From an uncultured Candidatus Saccharibacteria bacterium (lineage in GTDB: Bacteria > Patescibacteriota > Doudnabacteria > UBA920): a stretch of 58,516 nt of DNA. Below, one piece after another: positions 24,840 to 34,403 of this stretch. Within the stretch, counting starts at the first letter, position 1, and the number at the start of each line of letters is the position of its first letter. The stretch is taken from NCBI GenBank assembly GCA_964484145.1, contig CAZAED010000003.1, positions 1-58,516 of the forward strand, written 5' to 3'. Position numbers and translations under genes: made by a program. The notes under the pieces were generated by a model. The model did not search any database and was not told where the DNA came from. It was given only the letters and a program-made list of their open reading frames with translations.

Positions 24840-27029
24840 ATGGAAATTCTATTATTTCTTCTCGTTGTAATTTTGATTTTTTGGTTGCTTTCTGTAAGCA
24901 GCCGAGTTTCTGCGTTGGAAAAAAAGCTTTCGGGTAAGTATGTGCAAGAGGCGGAAAAAAAACCTGCAGAAGCGGTGCATTCTGCGGCTTTGCCAAAATG
25001 GTCAGATGTAAAATCTTTTGCAGCCGAAACTAAAAATACAGCCTTTAGCCAAACTTCGGACAGTATAGAAATAAAACAGCCAGAGAGAATAGAAACTCAT
25101 AAAAAGACAGATGCCGAACAAACTGAAGATGCCGTAGGCTGGCTTAATAAAATTGGCGTGGTGGCGTTGGTTTTAGGTATGGGTTTCTTTTTTAAATATG
25201 CCATTGACCAGGGCTGGATAAACGAGTGGACAAGAATTATTATAGGCTTTATTTTTAGCGGTTTGCTAGTTTATTTGGGAGAATTATGGAAAGGCAAATT
25301 TGGTAGCAAGGCTCACGCGCTTGTGGGTGGCGGCATTGCATTGTTTTATTTTACAATTTACGCAGGATATAATTTTTACCATATTTTTCCCCAAATTATT
25401 GCTTTCGCTTTAATGCTTGGCGTGGCCGCAATGTCGGTTTGGCTTTCTTTTAAAAATTCTTCATTGGTTTTGGGAATTTTAGGCTTTTTTGGGGCATATG
25501 GAGCGCCGCCGCTTTTAGGTACCGGCACAAACCAGCAGACACAACTATTTGTATTTTTAACTGTTATGAACTTGGCAGCACTTGCAATTGGCTTAAGAAA
25601 ATATTGGATGGAACTCTTAGCTTTAGCTTTGGTTGGTAGTACAATAGATTTTGGGCTTTGGGGTATGGCATATTCAAACCAGGCTAATACTTTAACCAGT
25701 GTATTTTTTGTAATTATTACGACTCTTATTTTGGTAGTAGGCAGCGCAGGGTTAACTAAGTATCACAGCGAAAAGAAAACTTTACCAAATGGGGTAGATA
25801 ACAATTTAGGCGTTTTCGGGTTTTTAGCCGGTTTATTTTATTTTACTTCCATTGTGCTTTTACTTAACGAAAATTTTCATAGCCTATTAGCGCCCATAGC
25901 TTTGCTTGGTAGCGTAATTTTCTTTTTTAGTTATGCGTTGGTGGATAGGCTTGAGTATAAAACGGCTAACTTTTTACTTTCGTTTGTTGCTTCCACGTTT
26001 TTAGTTAGCGCGGCTATTTGGCATTTTGACGGCAAGGCGCTCGGCCTTTGTTTGCTAGCAATTAGCCTTCTTGGCTCTACAATTGGAACTTTAGTTAAGA
26101 GAGAAGAGCTTAGAACTTGGAGTCTTTTAGTTTTATTTATTGCATTATTTAAGTCCTTAATTGAACCCTATGGTGCTGACGAAAAAACTTTTCTGTTTAA
26201 CGCCAAGTTTGGTTTAATGTTTGCTAATACTTTAGGCCTTTTGTTTATAGGTTGGCTTTATGAAAAAGTTAATGTTTCGGAAAATGAAAAAAAATTAGAA
26301 ACTGGCCTTCAAATAGCAGCGGCTGTTGCTTTGTGGGTAGCTTTGTCTTGGGACATTAGTTCTTCTTTTAAGTCCGCCGGCAGTTTGGCCGCCAGTCAGT
26401 ATATGACTTTGTGGTGGGTGGTTTACCCAGGAGCCTTAGCTTTTGCCGCGGCTTCAGCAAAAAGAAAAGGACTTTTTTCGGTCGCTATAATTATGCTCGC
26501 AGCGGCTTTCTTTAAAGTTCTATTTTTGGACTATTCACCGGAGCCACTTTTGTTTTACAACGGCAAATTCGCACTTATGGTTTTAACTTCTGTGGTTATG
26601 CTTTTCTGCGCTAGTCTTTACGCTAAGTTTGACGAAAAGGACCAGAGTATAGACGTACTTAAAGTTATTGCCAGTTTGCTTTTTTGGTTTGCGGTTTCCT
26701 GGGAAATAGTAAAACACTATGAGCTAGCAACTTCCCAAAATGCGCGCAATTTGTACTTAAGCCTTTGGTGGATAGTTTACGCCGTGTTCTTAATGTTTTT
26801 AAGTAATATGGCTAAATCCGGCGTATTTAGAAAAGTGGCGATTTTGCTTTTCGGCTTTAGTATAGTAAAAGTATTTTTGTACGACGTACAGGCTTTAGAC
26901 ACCGCTTACCGCATAATTTCTTTTGTTGCCTTAGGCGCAATTTTGTTAGGAGTTTCCTTTACCTACAAAAGAAATAAAGAAAAAATCACGCATTTTTTGG
27001 AAGGGGAGAATGAAAAAAACGAGCCTTAA
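24840..27029 (+). CDS. large polytopic membrane protein (DUF2339-like)
   Basis: N-terminal TM helix, a soluble linker, then about 20 TM helices. The family name is a by-eye guess. Confidence 0.7.
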   Translation: MEILLFLLVVILIFWLLSVSSRVSALEKKLSGKYVQEAEKKPAEAVHSAALPKWSDVKSFAAETKNTAFSQTSDSIEIKQPERIETHKKTDAEQTEDAVGWLNKIGVVALVLGMGFFFKYAIDQGWINEWTRIIIGFIFSGLLVYLGELWKGKFGSKAHALVGGGIALFYFTIYAGYNFYHIFPQIIAFALMLGVAAMSVWLSFKNSSLVLGILGFFGAYGAPPLLGTGTNQQTQLFVFLTVMNLAALAIGLRKYWMELLALALVGSTIDFGLWGMAYSNQANTLTSVFFVIITTLILVVGSAGLTKYHSEKKTLPNGVDNNLGVFGFLAGLFYFTSIVLLLNENFHSLLAPIALLGSVIFFFSYALVDRLEYKTANFLLSFVASTFLVSAAIWHFDGKALGLCLLAISLLGSTIGTLVKREELRTWSLLVLFIALFKSLIEPYGADEKTFLFNAKFGLMFANTLGLLFIGWLYEKVNVSENEKKLETGLQIAAAVALWVALSWDISSSFKSAGSLAASQYMTLWWVVYPGALAFAAASAKRKGLFSVAIIMLAAAFFKVLFLDYSPEPLLFYNGKFALMVLTSVVMLFCASLYAKFDEKDQSIDVLKVIASLLFWFAVSWEIVKHYELATSQNARNLYLSLWWIVYAVFLMFLSNMAKSGVFRKVAILLFGFSIVKVFLYDVQALDTAYRIISFVALGAILLGVSFTYKRNKEKITHFLEGENEKNEP

Positions 27030-27038
27030 TATAAAACA

Positions 27039-27329
27039 ATGCCAGAAAAAAAGATACTAAATATGGAAGATATGCCCGACAAAAACCGGCGTGAAGAGGC
27101 GGAAAAAGTGGCTTTAATATATCTTATTGCGTTACAAGCCAAAGAATTGAAGGTTGGCCAGGAACAATATGACGAATTTATGAAAATATTTCATAAAGCC
27201 CCAGGTATTAAAGCAAAGTTAGGTTGTTTTGAAACAGAGCAGGCAAAATTAGCGGGTTTTAAAAAGCCCTCAAGTCAGGAATTAAAAAGCGAAACAATAA
27301 AATTTTATCACTCAGTATCAGATTTATAA
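27039..27329 (+). CDS. hypothetical protein
   Basis: 96-aa ORF whose TAATG overlaps the next gene. Confidence 0.6.
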   Translation: MPEKKILNMEDMPDKNRREEAEKVALIYLIALQAKELKVGQEQYDEFMKIFHKAPGIKAKLGCFETEQAKLAGFKKPSSQELKSETIKFYHSVSDL

Positions 27330-28303
27330 TGCATCTAAATCCAAAAATCGGAAAAACAGATATCGAACAAGAACCAACTCGTAAAGGGTATGGTTTGGGT
27401 GTTTTGGATTTGGGCGCGGAAGACCAAAATATTGTTGTGCTTACGGCAGACTTGGCAGAGAGTACTATGGTTTTGGATTTTGCAAAAAAATATCCGGAAA
27501 GGTTTGTTGAGTGCGGAGTAGCAGAACAGAATATGATGGGCGTGGCAGCGGGGCTTGCTCTTTATGGCAAAACTGCTTTTGTCTCAAGTTATGCAACTTT
27601 TTCCCCAGGCCGCAGTTGGGATCAGCTTAGAGTTAGTGTCTGCTACAGCATGGCTAATGTAAAGGTTGCCGGCGCGCATACGGGTATTTCAGTCGGTCCT
27701 GACGGCGCAACACATCAGGCTTTAGAGGACGTGGCTATGACAAGGGTATTACCAAATTTAACCGTAGTCGTGCCGTGCGACTCCATAGAAGCCCGTAAAG
27801 CCACAGTTACTTTGGGAAGAATGGTAGGGCCGGCTTATTTTAGACTTGGAAGGTCTAAAACTCCGGTTATTACAACAGAAGAAACTGCTTTTAAAGTTGG
27901 TAAAGCGGAAGTGTTTAGGGAAGGAAAAGACGTCGCTATAATTGCTTCGGGTCCTGTTTTGTACAACGGGCTGTTAGCCGCAATAGAACTAGAGAAAGAA
28001 GGACTAAGTGTTATGGTAGTTAACAACCACACAATAAAGCCAATTGATGCTGAAACAATCATTACTGCTGCAAAAAAATGCGGAGCAGTAGTAACTTTAG
28101 AAGAACACCAAACCCAAGGCGGCTGTGGTAGCGCTGTGTGTGAAGTTCTTGCTATGAACTACCCTGTGCCGGTTGAAATGATAGGTATGCCAAACAGCTT
28201 TGGCGAGTCCGGCCAGCCGGAAGAGTTAATAGAAAAATATGGAATGGGGGTTAAGAGTATTAATGAAGCGGTGAGGAGAGTAATAAAGAGGAAGGTAGAA
28301 TAA
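27329..28303 (+). CDS. transketolase, C-terminal (Pyr + C-terminal domain) subunit
   Basis: ECGVAEQNMMGVAAG and GPDGATHQALEDVAM motifs. Confidence 0.92.
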   Translation: MHLNPKIGKTDIEQEPTRKGYGLGVLDLGAEDQNIVVLTADLAESTMVLDFAKKYPERFVECGVAEQNMMGVAAGLALYGKTAFVSSYATFSPGRSWDQLRVSVCYSMANVKVAGAHTGISVGPDGATHQALEDVAMTRVLPNLTVVVPCDSIEARKATVTLGRMVGPAYFRLGRSKTPVITTEETAFKVGKAEVFREGKDVAIIASGPVLYNGLLAAIELEKEGLSVMVVNNHTIKPIDAETIITAAKKCGAVVTLEEHQTQGGCGSAVCEVLAMNYPVPVEMIGMPNSFGESGQPEELIEKYGMGVKSINEAVRRVIKRKVE

Positions 28304-28354
28304 TTTCTAATAACTAATTTGTAATTTTAACTAATTTGTATTTTCTAAAAAAGA

Positions 28355-28660
28355 GTGAAAATTTTTTCCTTACAAACAAAAAAGCATTTGATGGGATGGA
28401 GTGCGGTTTTGGGAGTTGTGATCCTAAAAATTATTAATAACAATGTAAAAATACCAGCTTTGTGTGAATCAGATGTTTTGGGTCTTTTTGACGAATGCAC
28501 CGCGTTTGGGTGGCCAATCCGGACAAAGTTTGGGGGTGTGATGCTAGGATACGATTTAGTACCGAGTATATTAAATTTTATATTTTGGTTTTTTATAAGC
28601 TTAATCATTTTATCTTTAACTAGACATTTTAGAAAAAATAAGGAAGTAAAGAGTAAATAA
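28355..28660 (+). CDS. hypothetical small membrane protein
   Basis: GTG-start ORF on the gene-dense strand with a hydrophobic C-terminal segment. An equally long antisense ORF exists. Confidence 0.4.
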   Translation: MKIFSLQTKKHLMGWSAVLGVVILKIINNNVKIPALCESDVLGLFDECTAFGWPIRTKFGGVMLGYDLVPSILNFIFWFFISLIILSLTRHFRKNKEVKSK

Positions 28661-28695
28661 TATTTAGCTGTTAGGCTACTTACTACTTACCCCCT

Positions 28696-29712
28696 ATGTT
28701 CGACATTATCTCCATCGGCGACGCGACAATAGACACATTCCTTTTTATTCACGATATTGAAATAAAAGATATCGAAGGCAAAAAAAAGGCGCTTTTGAAT
28801 TGGGGAGACAAATTGCCGGTAGACGAAATGTATAAGTCAGTGGCCGGTAATGCTGCTAACAATGCCGTAGGAAGCGCAAAATTGGGGCTTAGGACAGCGT
28901 ATTACACGGTACTTGCACACGACGTAGGCGGCAGAGAAATTATTCATAAAATGCAAAAAGAGGGTGTGTCTACCCGCTATATTGTTATAGATGAAAAACA
29001 CAGCACAAACGCTTCTTTTGTTTTAAGTTTTAAGGGGGAGCGGACTATTTTTGTTTACCATCAACATAGAAAATATAAATTGCCTAATTTTGTGCATTCA
29101 AATTGGGTATATTTAACCAGCATGGGTCAGAATTTTGAAAGCATATATAAAGATTTAGCAAAATATTTAGACCGCTTTCGTGTAAAGTTAGGCTTTAACC
29201 CGGGTACTTTTCAGTTAAGGGCCGGTGTAAAAGCCAATGAATTAATGCTTAAACGCACCAATGTGCTATCATTAAATGTAGAGGAAGCGCAAGGATGGGT
29301 AGGAGAATGCGGGCGGGATCCGGAAGAATTATGCCGCAAACTTTCTAAACTTGGGCCAAAAGCTATTGCGCTAACCGATGGTCGCCGCGGGGCTTATTCC
29401 TATAGCGCCGAGGGTTTCTATTATATTTCGGAATACCCAGGCCCGCGGTTAGAGGCCACCGGAGCGGGGGATAGTTTTACTACCGCGTATATTGCAGCTT
29501 TAAACCATGGGCTTTCTCACCACGATGCTTTAATGTGGGGGCCGGTTAATGCCGGAAGTGTGGTACAAAAAGTAGGACCGCAAGCCGGGCTATTAACTCG
29601 CCATGAAATAGAAATGAAACTAAAAAAATTAAAAAGTTTTAAGCCAATTGCTATAACTAATGACAAAATAAAAAAGAAGGTAGAGGATATAGTTAAGGGG
29701 AAGGACGATTAA
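28696..29712 (+). CDS. PfkB-family carbohydrate kinase
   Basis: GD-T-D N-terminus, NN (AANNAVG), and TGAGDSFTTAYIAAL anion-hole motif. Confidence 0.88.
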   Translation: MFDIISIGDATIDTFLFIHDIEIKDIEGKKKALLNWGDKLPVDEMYKSVAGNAANNAVGSAKLGLRTAYYTVLAHDVGGREIIHKMQKEGVSTRYIVIDEKHSTNASFVLSFKGERTIFVYHQHRKYKLPNFVHSNWVYLTSMGQNFESIYKDLAKYLDRFRVKLGFNPGTFQLRAGVKANELMLKRTNVLSLNVEEAQGWVGECGRDPEELCRKLSKLGPKAIALTDGRRGAYSYSAEGFYYISEYPGPRLEATGAGDSFTTAYIAALNHGLSHHDALMWGPVNAGSVVQKVGPQAGLLTRHEIEMKLKKLKSFKPIAITNDKIKKKVEDIVKGKDD

Positions 29713-29757
29713 CAATTAACTATTGACGATTAACTAGCCGCACGTTGTCATTTTACA

Positions 29758-30357
29758 ATGACAAAAAATATGAAAAACAAAATTACCCCAATAGTTTTAG
29801 GAGCAATTTCAGGGTTCGCTTCGTATTATTTACCAAAGGTCCTTGGTGTTGGCGAGGAATGGGCAGCTTACGTTTTCTTTTCCCTTCCGGGATTTATTTT
29901 CGGAGTTTGCTTATACATTTTTTTGTCTAGAAGAATTTGGGAGAAGTCAGTAAAAATTTTAAAGCTGATTGGGTTTGCGCTTATTTGCGGATTGGCTTAT
30001 TATTTAGCTGTTATTACAACAATTAAGACTTCGGACGAATATACGAATTATACAAATTTTTTTATAGGGGGGATGGTAGGGGGTTTGGTTACTTTAATTG
30101 CTTATAATTTTTTAATTATTCGCGTCAAAGGAAGCCAGTTTTTGTATGCTGTTGTGTTAAGTGGTATTTTGTCAGTGGGTTGGCCTTTAAGTGAGGTTAT
30201 TGATAAAATTATTTATGGCAATAATTTTGGTTTTGACATAGCGTATAAAGGTTTTAATGAAGAGTTAGCTTATATTTGTCTGTTTTTAGTTTGGCAAACC
30301 GGTATGTTTTGGGCTTTAAGTTATATATTTGAAAAAAATAATAAAACGGTTAATTAA
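29758..30357 (+). CDS. hypothetical membrane protein
   Basis: 199 aa with five or six TM helices. Confidence 0.7.
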   Translation: MTKNMKNKITPIVLGAISGFASYYLPKVLGVGEEWAAYVFFSLPGFIFGVCLYIFLSRRIWEKSVKILKLIGFALICGLAYYLAVITTIKTSDEYTNYTNFFIGGMVGGLVTLIAYNFLIIRVKGSQFLYAVVLSGILSVGWPLSEVIDKIIYGNNFGFDIAYKGFNEELAYICLFLVWQTGMFWALSYIFEKNNKTVN

Positions 30358-30363
30358 AACAAA

Positions 30364-31389
30364 ATGAACAAAATAAAACTCGCAATAAATGGTTTTGGGA
30401 GAATTGGCAGACAGGCTTTTAAAATTGCCATTGAAAAACCGGAAATAGAAGTGGTGGGTATTAATGACTTAACTTCAACCGAAGTTTTGGCACATTTACT
30501 TCAGTACGACAGCAATTACGGAAAATTTAAGCATAAAGTTTCTTTTGACTCAAATCATATAATTGCAGACGGCATAAAGTATCCGGTTTTTACGGAAAAA
30601 GAGCCGCAAGCTTTGCCCTGGGGCCGTTTACAGGTAGACGTTGTTATAGAATCTACCGGCCGTTTTACAGACAGCGAAAAAGCTTCGGCGCACATAAAAG
30701 CCGGAGCTAAAAAAGTTATAATATCCGCCCCTGCTAAAGACGAAGGCATTACCCCAACTATTGTACTTGGCGTAAACCAAGAAGACTACCATAAACAAAA
30801 CATAATTAGTAACGCTTCTTGCACAACAAACTGCATAACTCCGGTGTTAGATGTTTTGCATAAAAAATTTGGTGTGGAAAAAGCATTTATGTCCACTATT
30901 CACAGCTACACGGCTGAACAGAATTTGGTAGACGGCCCGCCGCCTGGTGGTAAGAGTACCGATTTACGTAGAGCCCGCGCAGCTGCAGTAAATATAATTC
31001 CTACTTCAACCGGCGCGGCAATATCGGCTACCCAGGCTATACCAAGCCTTAAAGGAAAGTTTGACGGCATTGCGTTTAGAGTTCCAACTCCGGTAGGTAG
31101 TCTTTCTGATTTTACCTTGCTCCTTAAGAAAAACACCACCAAAGAAGAAGTCAACGAAGCTTTTGAAGAAGCTGCAGAATTACCGCACTACAAAGGTATT
31201 TTAATTGCATCGCGTGATCAGCTAGTTTTACAGGACATAGTCGGCAACCCAGCTTCGTCTATTGTAGACCTTTCTCTTACCCAAGTTATTGACGGAAATT
31301 TTGTAAAAGTAATTGCTTGGTATGACAATGAGTTTGGGTATAGTAACAGGTTGGTTGAAGAAGTTGTGTTAGTGGGAAAAAATAAATAA
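30364..31389 (+). CDS. gap: glyceraldehyde-3-phosphate dehydrogenase
   Basis: INGFGRIGR, SNASCTTNC and WYDNE-GYS motifs. Confidence 0.96.
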   Translation: MNKIKLAINGFGRIGRQAFKIAIEKPEIEVVGINDLTSTEVLAHLLQYDSNYGKFKHKVSFDSNHIIADGIKYPVFTEKEPQALPWGRLQVDVVIESTGRFTDSEKASAHIKAGAKKVIISAPAKDEGITPTIVLGVNQEDYHKQNIISNASCTTNCITPVLDVLHKKFGVEKAFMSTIHSYTAEQNLVDGPPPGGKSTDLRRARAAAVNIIPTSTGAAISATQAIPSLKGKFDGIAFRVPTPVGSLSDFTLLLKKNTTKEEVNEAFEEAAELPHYKGILIASRDQLVLQDIVGNPASSIVDLSLTQVIDGNFVKVIAWYDNEFGYSNRLVEEVVLVGKNK

Positions 31390-31474
31390 TTGACAAAAAT
31401 GACAAAAATAAGCTGCAGTTTGCATAAATAATCTTGTCAATCTTTTAATTCTTTTATATCTTGTCAATCAATCT
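31390..31474 (+). repeat. word-hairpin, family E with CTGCAG-containing loop
   Basis: TTGACAAAAATGACAAAAATAAG-CTGCAG-...ATCTTGTCAATC...ATCTTGTCAATC. Confidence 0.85.
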
Positions 31475-32692
31475 ATGGCCATAAAATATTTAAAATCCTC
31501 TTCAATAAAAAATAAAACCGTACTTTTACGGGTTGACGTTAACGTGCCTATTGAAAATGGCAAGGTTAGCGACAGTTTTAGAATTGAGCAGGTTGTGCCA
31601 ACCATAAAACATTTACTTAAAAACAAAAATAAAGTTATAGTCTGCGGGCATTTGGGCAGGCCAAAGGGTAAGTGGAACGAAGAGTTTACTTTAAAACCCG
31701 CGGCAAAGCTTATGGCAGACTTGCTAGAACTTAAGTTTGTGGAAACAGACCACCGCGTTCCTGACTACAACATTTCTCATTTAATTTTTTACACCGGAAA
31801 ACTTATAGAAGACAAACATCAGAAGCAAATAAAAGCCATTTCGGAAAAAGATGTGGTGTTTTTAGAGAATTTGCGTTTTTACGAAGGCGAAGAAGAGAAC
31901 GACGCAATGTTTGCCAAGAAATTATCTAGTCTGGCTGACGTTTATGTAAACGACGCTTTTGGCGTAGACCATAGGGCCGCTGCTTCAGTGGTCGGCATAA
32001 CCAAATATTTAACGCCTTATTGTGGGTTACTTCTTGAAACTGAGATAAAATCGCTGGACGCGCTTATAAAACATCCAAAAAGTCCATTTGTGGTTATGAC
32101 CGGCGGGATAAAACTTTCAGAAAAAGTGGGGGCACTTGAAAATTTGGGTAAAAAGGCGGACAAAATTTTAGTTAGCGGGGGAGTGGCAAACCTAATTTTT
32201 AAAACCAAAGGTTTTGAAATTGGAATTTCGCGGGTAGAAGAAAGTATGGAAAAGGTTGCTATGCAAATTGCTAAGAATTATAAAAATAAATTGGTTTTGC
32301 CGCTGGACGTAGTTGTTGCCAACAAAAATTTAGAAAATATTCGTTCTTGCGCCCCTTACGAGGTTAGAGAAAACGAGCAAATTCTAGACGCCGGACCTAA
32401 AACTATTTTGGAATTCTCTAAACATATAAAAGCGGCTAAAACCATAGTTTGGAGCGGGCCCTTAGGGCTTTTTGAAAAAAAGCCTTTTCACCATGCAACT
32501 TTTGCTTTAGCTAGGCTTATTGGTGGTCGGGGTAAAGGCAAAGCATTTGTAGTAGCCGGAGGGGGCGACACAGTAGACGCAATACGGCAAGCTCACCAAT
32601 TTGAAAATATAGACCACGTCTCCACCGGCGGCGGAGCTATGCTTGAATACCTAGCCGGTAAAAAACTGCCAGGGATAGAAGCGTTGAAATAA
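31475..32692 (+). CDS. pgk: phosphoglycerate kinase
   Basis: LLRVD-NVP, HLGRPKG, NLRF and STGGGA-LE-L-GK-LPG motifs. Confidence 0.95.
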   Translation: MAIKYLKSSSIKNKTVLLRVDVNVPIENGKVSDSFRIEQVVPTIKHLLKNKNKVIVCGHLGRPKGKWNEEFTLKPAAKLMADLLELKFVETDHRVPDYNISHLIFYTGKLIEDKHQKQIKAISEKDVVFLENLRFYEGEEENDAMFAKKLSSLADVYVNDAFGVDHRAAASVVGITKYLTPYCGLLLETEIKSLDALIKHPKSPFVVMTGGIKLSEKVGALENLGKKADKILVSGGVANLIFKTKGFEIGISRVEESMEKVAMQIAKNYKNKLVLPLDVVVANKNLENIRSCAPYEVRENEQILDAGPKTILEFSKHIKAAKTIVWSGPLGLFEKKPFHHATFALARLIGGRGKGKAFVVAGGGDTVDAIRQAHQFENIDHVSTGGGAMLEYLAGKKLPGIEALK

Positions 32693-32699
32693 AAATAAA

Positions 32700-34403
32700 G
32701 TGTTTAAATTTATAAAAAAAATAAGGGTTGTTTTAAGATTAAACCACATAATTTTTGTGTTTTTTAAAGCTGGGTTTTCGGGTTTAATATCACGCTATGG
32801 TTTTAAAAGGCATGTGCACCCATTAAAAAGGCATAAAGGTAAAGAAGAAGAGCAGGAGTTGGTTTTAGCGTTAAATTTTAGGCTTGCTTTAGAATCTTTG
32901 GGCCCGGTTTTTGTAAAGTTCGGACAAATTTTGAGCACGAGGTCAGATTTTTTGCCTAAAACTTTTATTAATCAGTTAGAAAAATTACAGGCAAAAGTTC
33001 CGCCTTTTAAATATGAAAAAGCTGTTGAAACTATTGAAAACGAGTTCCAAAAACCGTTAAAAAAACTTTTTAAAGAGTTTGGTGAAAAACCATTTGCATC
33101 TGCCTCACTCGGCCAAGTCTACAAAGCTAAACTACATACCGGCGAAGTAGTTGCGGTAAAGGTGCAAAGACCAAAGGCAAAAGAGCAAATTCTGCTAGAC
33201 ACTGAAGTGCTTTTAGCTATCGCTCATATAGCGGAAAAATATTCCTCCGATGCTAAAAAATTTAATTTGCTGGAAACAGTACAGGAATTTAGGCGCTGGA
33301 CTTTAAACGAACTAGACTATAGAAAAGAAGCCACCAACTGCGAAATTTTTACCAACTTTTTTAAAAAAGACAAAAATATTTACGGACCTAAAGTTTTTTG
33401 GGATTATACTTCGGAAAGCGTGTTGTGTCTTGAATTTGTGGAAGGTAAGCAAGTTTCCGAGGTAATTAAGGATTTAGATTATCCACAAGAAGAAAAGGCC
33501 CAGCTAGCCAGACACGTTGCTGACGCGTTTATACGCCAATTTTTTGAATATGGTTTCTTTCACGCTGACCCGCATCCGGGCAATGTTTTTGTTTTGCCGG
33601 ACAATAAAATTTTATTTTTAGACTTTGGCATGGTCGGATTTTTAGATGAAAGCTTAACTGCGCTTGGCTCTGCTATGTTTTTGGCCTTGATTCAGAAAGA
33701 CACTCAAAACCTGGTAGACTTGTTTATAAAAATGGAAGAAAACTACGACGAAAGATTAAAGGAACAAAAGGTAGAAGATTTGGTAAATATTAACAACCTA
33801 AGGAAAGAATTAAACGTACTTATTCTGCAGTGGTCTTCTGGCATGTCCGGACAGGGTAATAATTTTACCAAACTATTTTCAGAAATGCTTAATATTGCAG
33901 TGCAAAATGGTATTAGCGTGCCAACAGACTTAACTATGATGGGTAAAGCAATTGTTACTTTAGATGTTGTGGCAAAACAATTAAGTAGCGACTTTAAAAT
34001 AGAGGAGTGGGAAAAATCTACCCTACAAAGAATTGTTAAACGAAAGCTTTCGGCAAAAAATTTGCAATCACGTGCCCAGAATATGGGACTAATTATAGAA
34101 GACTTAATTAAGCGTTTGCCGGCCAGCTCTTCTTCTATTGTAAGTAATATAGAAAAGGGTCGTTTTGGTATGGAAATAAACACTCAGCAGTTAGTAGACT
34201 ATGAAAGGCTTTTAAACGCAAATTCTAAAATTAGTAGCTATGGCACGTTGCTCGGTGCTATTATTTTAGCCTCAGCTTTAATTTATCAGGTCACAAACCA
34301 ACCCAAATTTTTTGGCTTTACCATAGCTCAAATAGGGCTTTATGGAAGTGTTATTTTAATTGCTTTATTTTTTCTTGGCAATCTAAAAAAAGGAAATGAC
34401 TAA
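32700..34403 (+). CDS. ABC1/UbiB-family atypical kinase
   Basis: LGP-FVKFGQ-LSTR-D, ASLGQVYKA and HADPHPGN motifs; C-terminal TM helices; GTG start. Confidence 0.88.
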   Translation: MFKFIKKIRVVLRLNHIIFVFFKAGFSGLISRYGFKRHVHPLKRHKGKEEEQELVLALNFRLALESLGPVFVKFGQILSTRSDFLPKTFINQLEKLQAKVPPFKYEKAVETIENEFQKPLKKLFKEFGEKPFASASLGQVYKAKLHTGEVVAVKVQRPKAKEQILLDTEVLLAIAHIAEKYSSDAKKFNLLETVQEFRRWTLNELDYRKEATNCEIFTNFFKKDKNIYGPKVFWDYTSESVLCLEFVEGKQVSEVIKDLDYPQEEKAQLARHVADAFIRQFFEYGFFHADPHPGNVFVLPDNKILFLDFGMVGFLDESLTALGSAMFLALIQKDTQNLVDLFIKMEENYDERLKEQKVEDLVNINNLRKELNVLILQWSSGMSGQGNNFTKLFSEMLNIAVQNGISVPTDLTMMGKAIVTLDVVAKQLSSDFKIEEWEKSTLQRIVKRKLSAKNLQSRAQNMGLIIEDLIKRLPASSSSIVSNIEKGRFGMEINTQQLVDYERLLNANSKISSYGTLLGAIILASALIYQVTNQPKFFGFTIAQIGLYGSVILIALFFLGNLKKGND

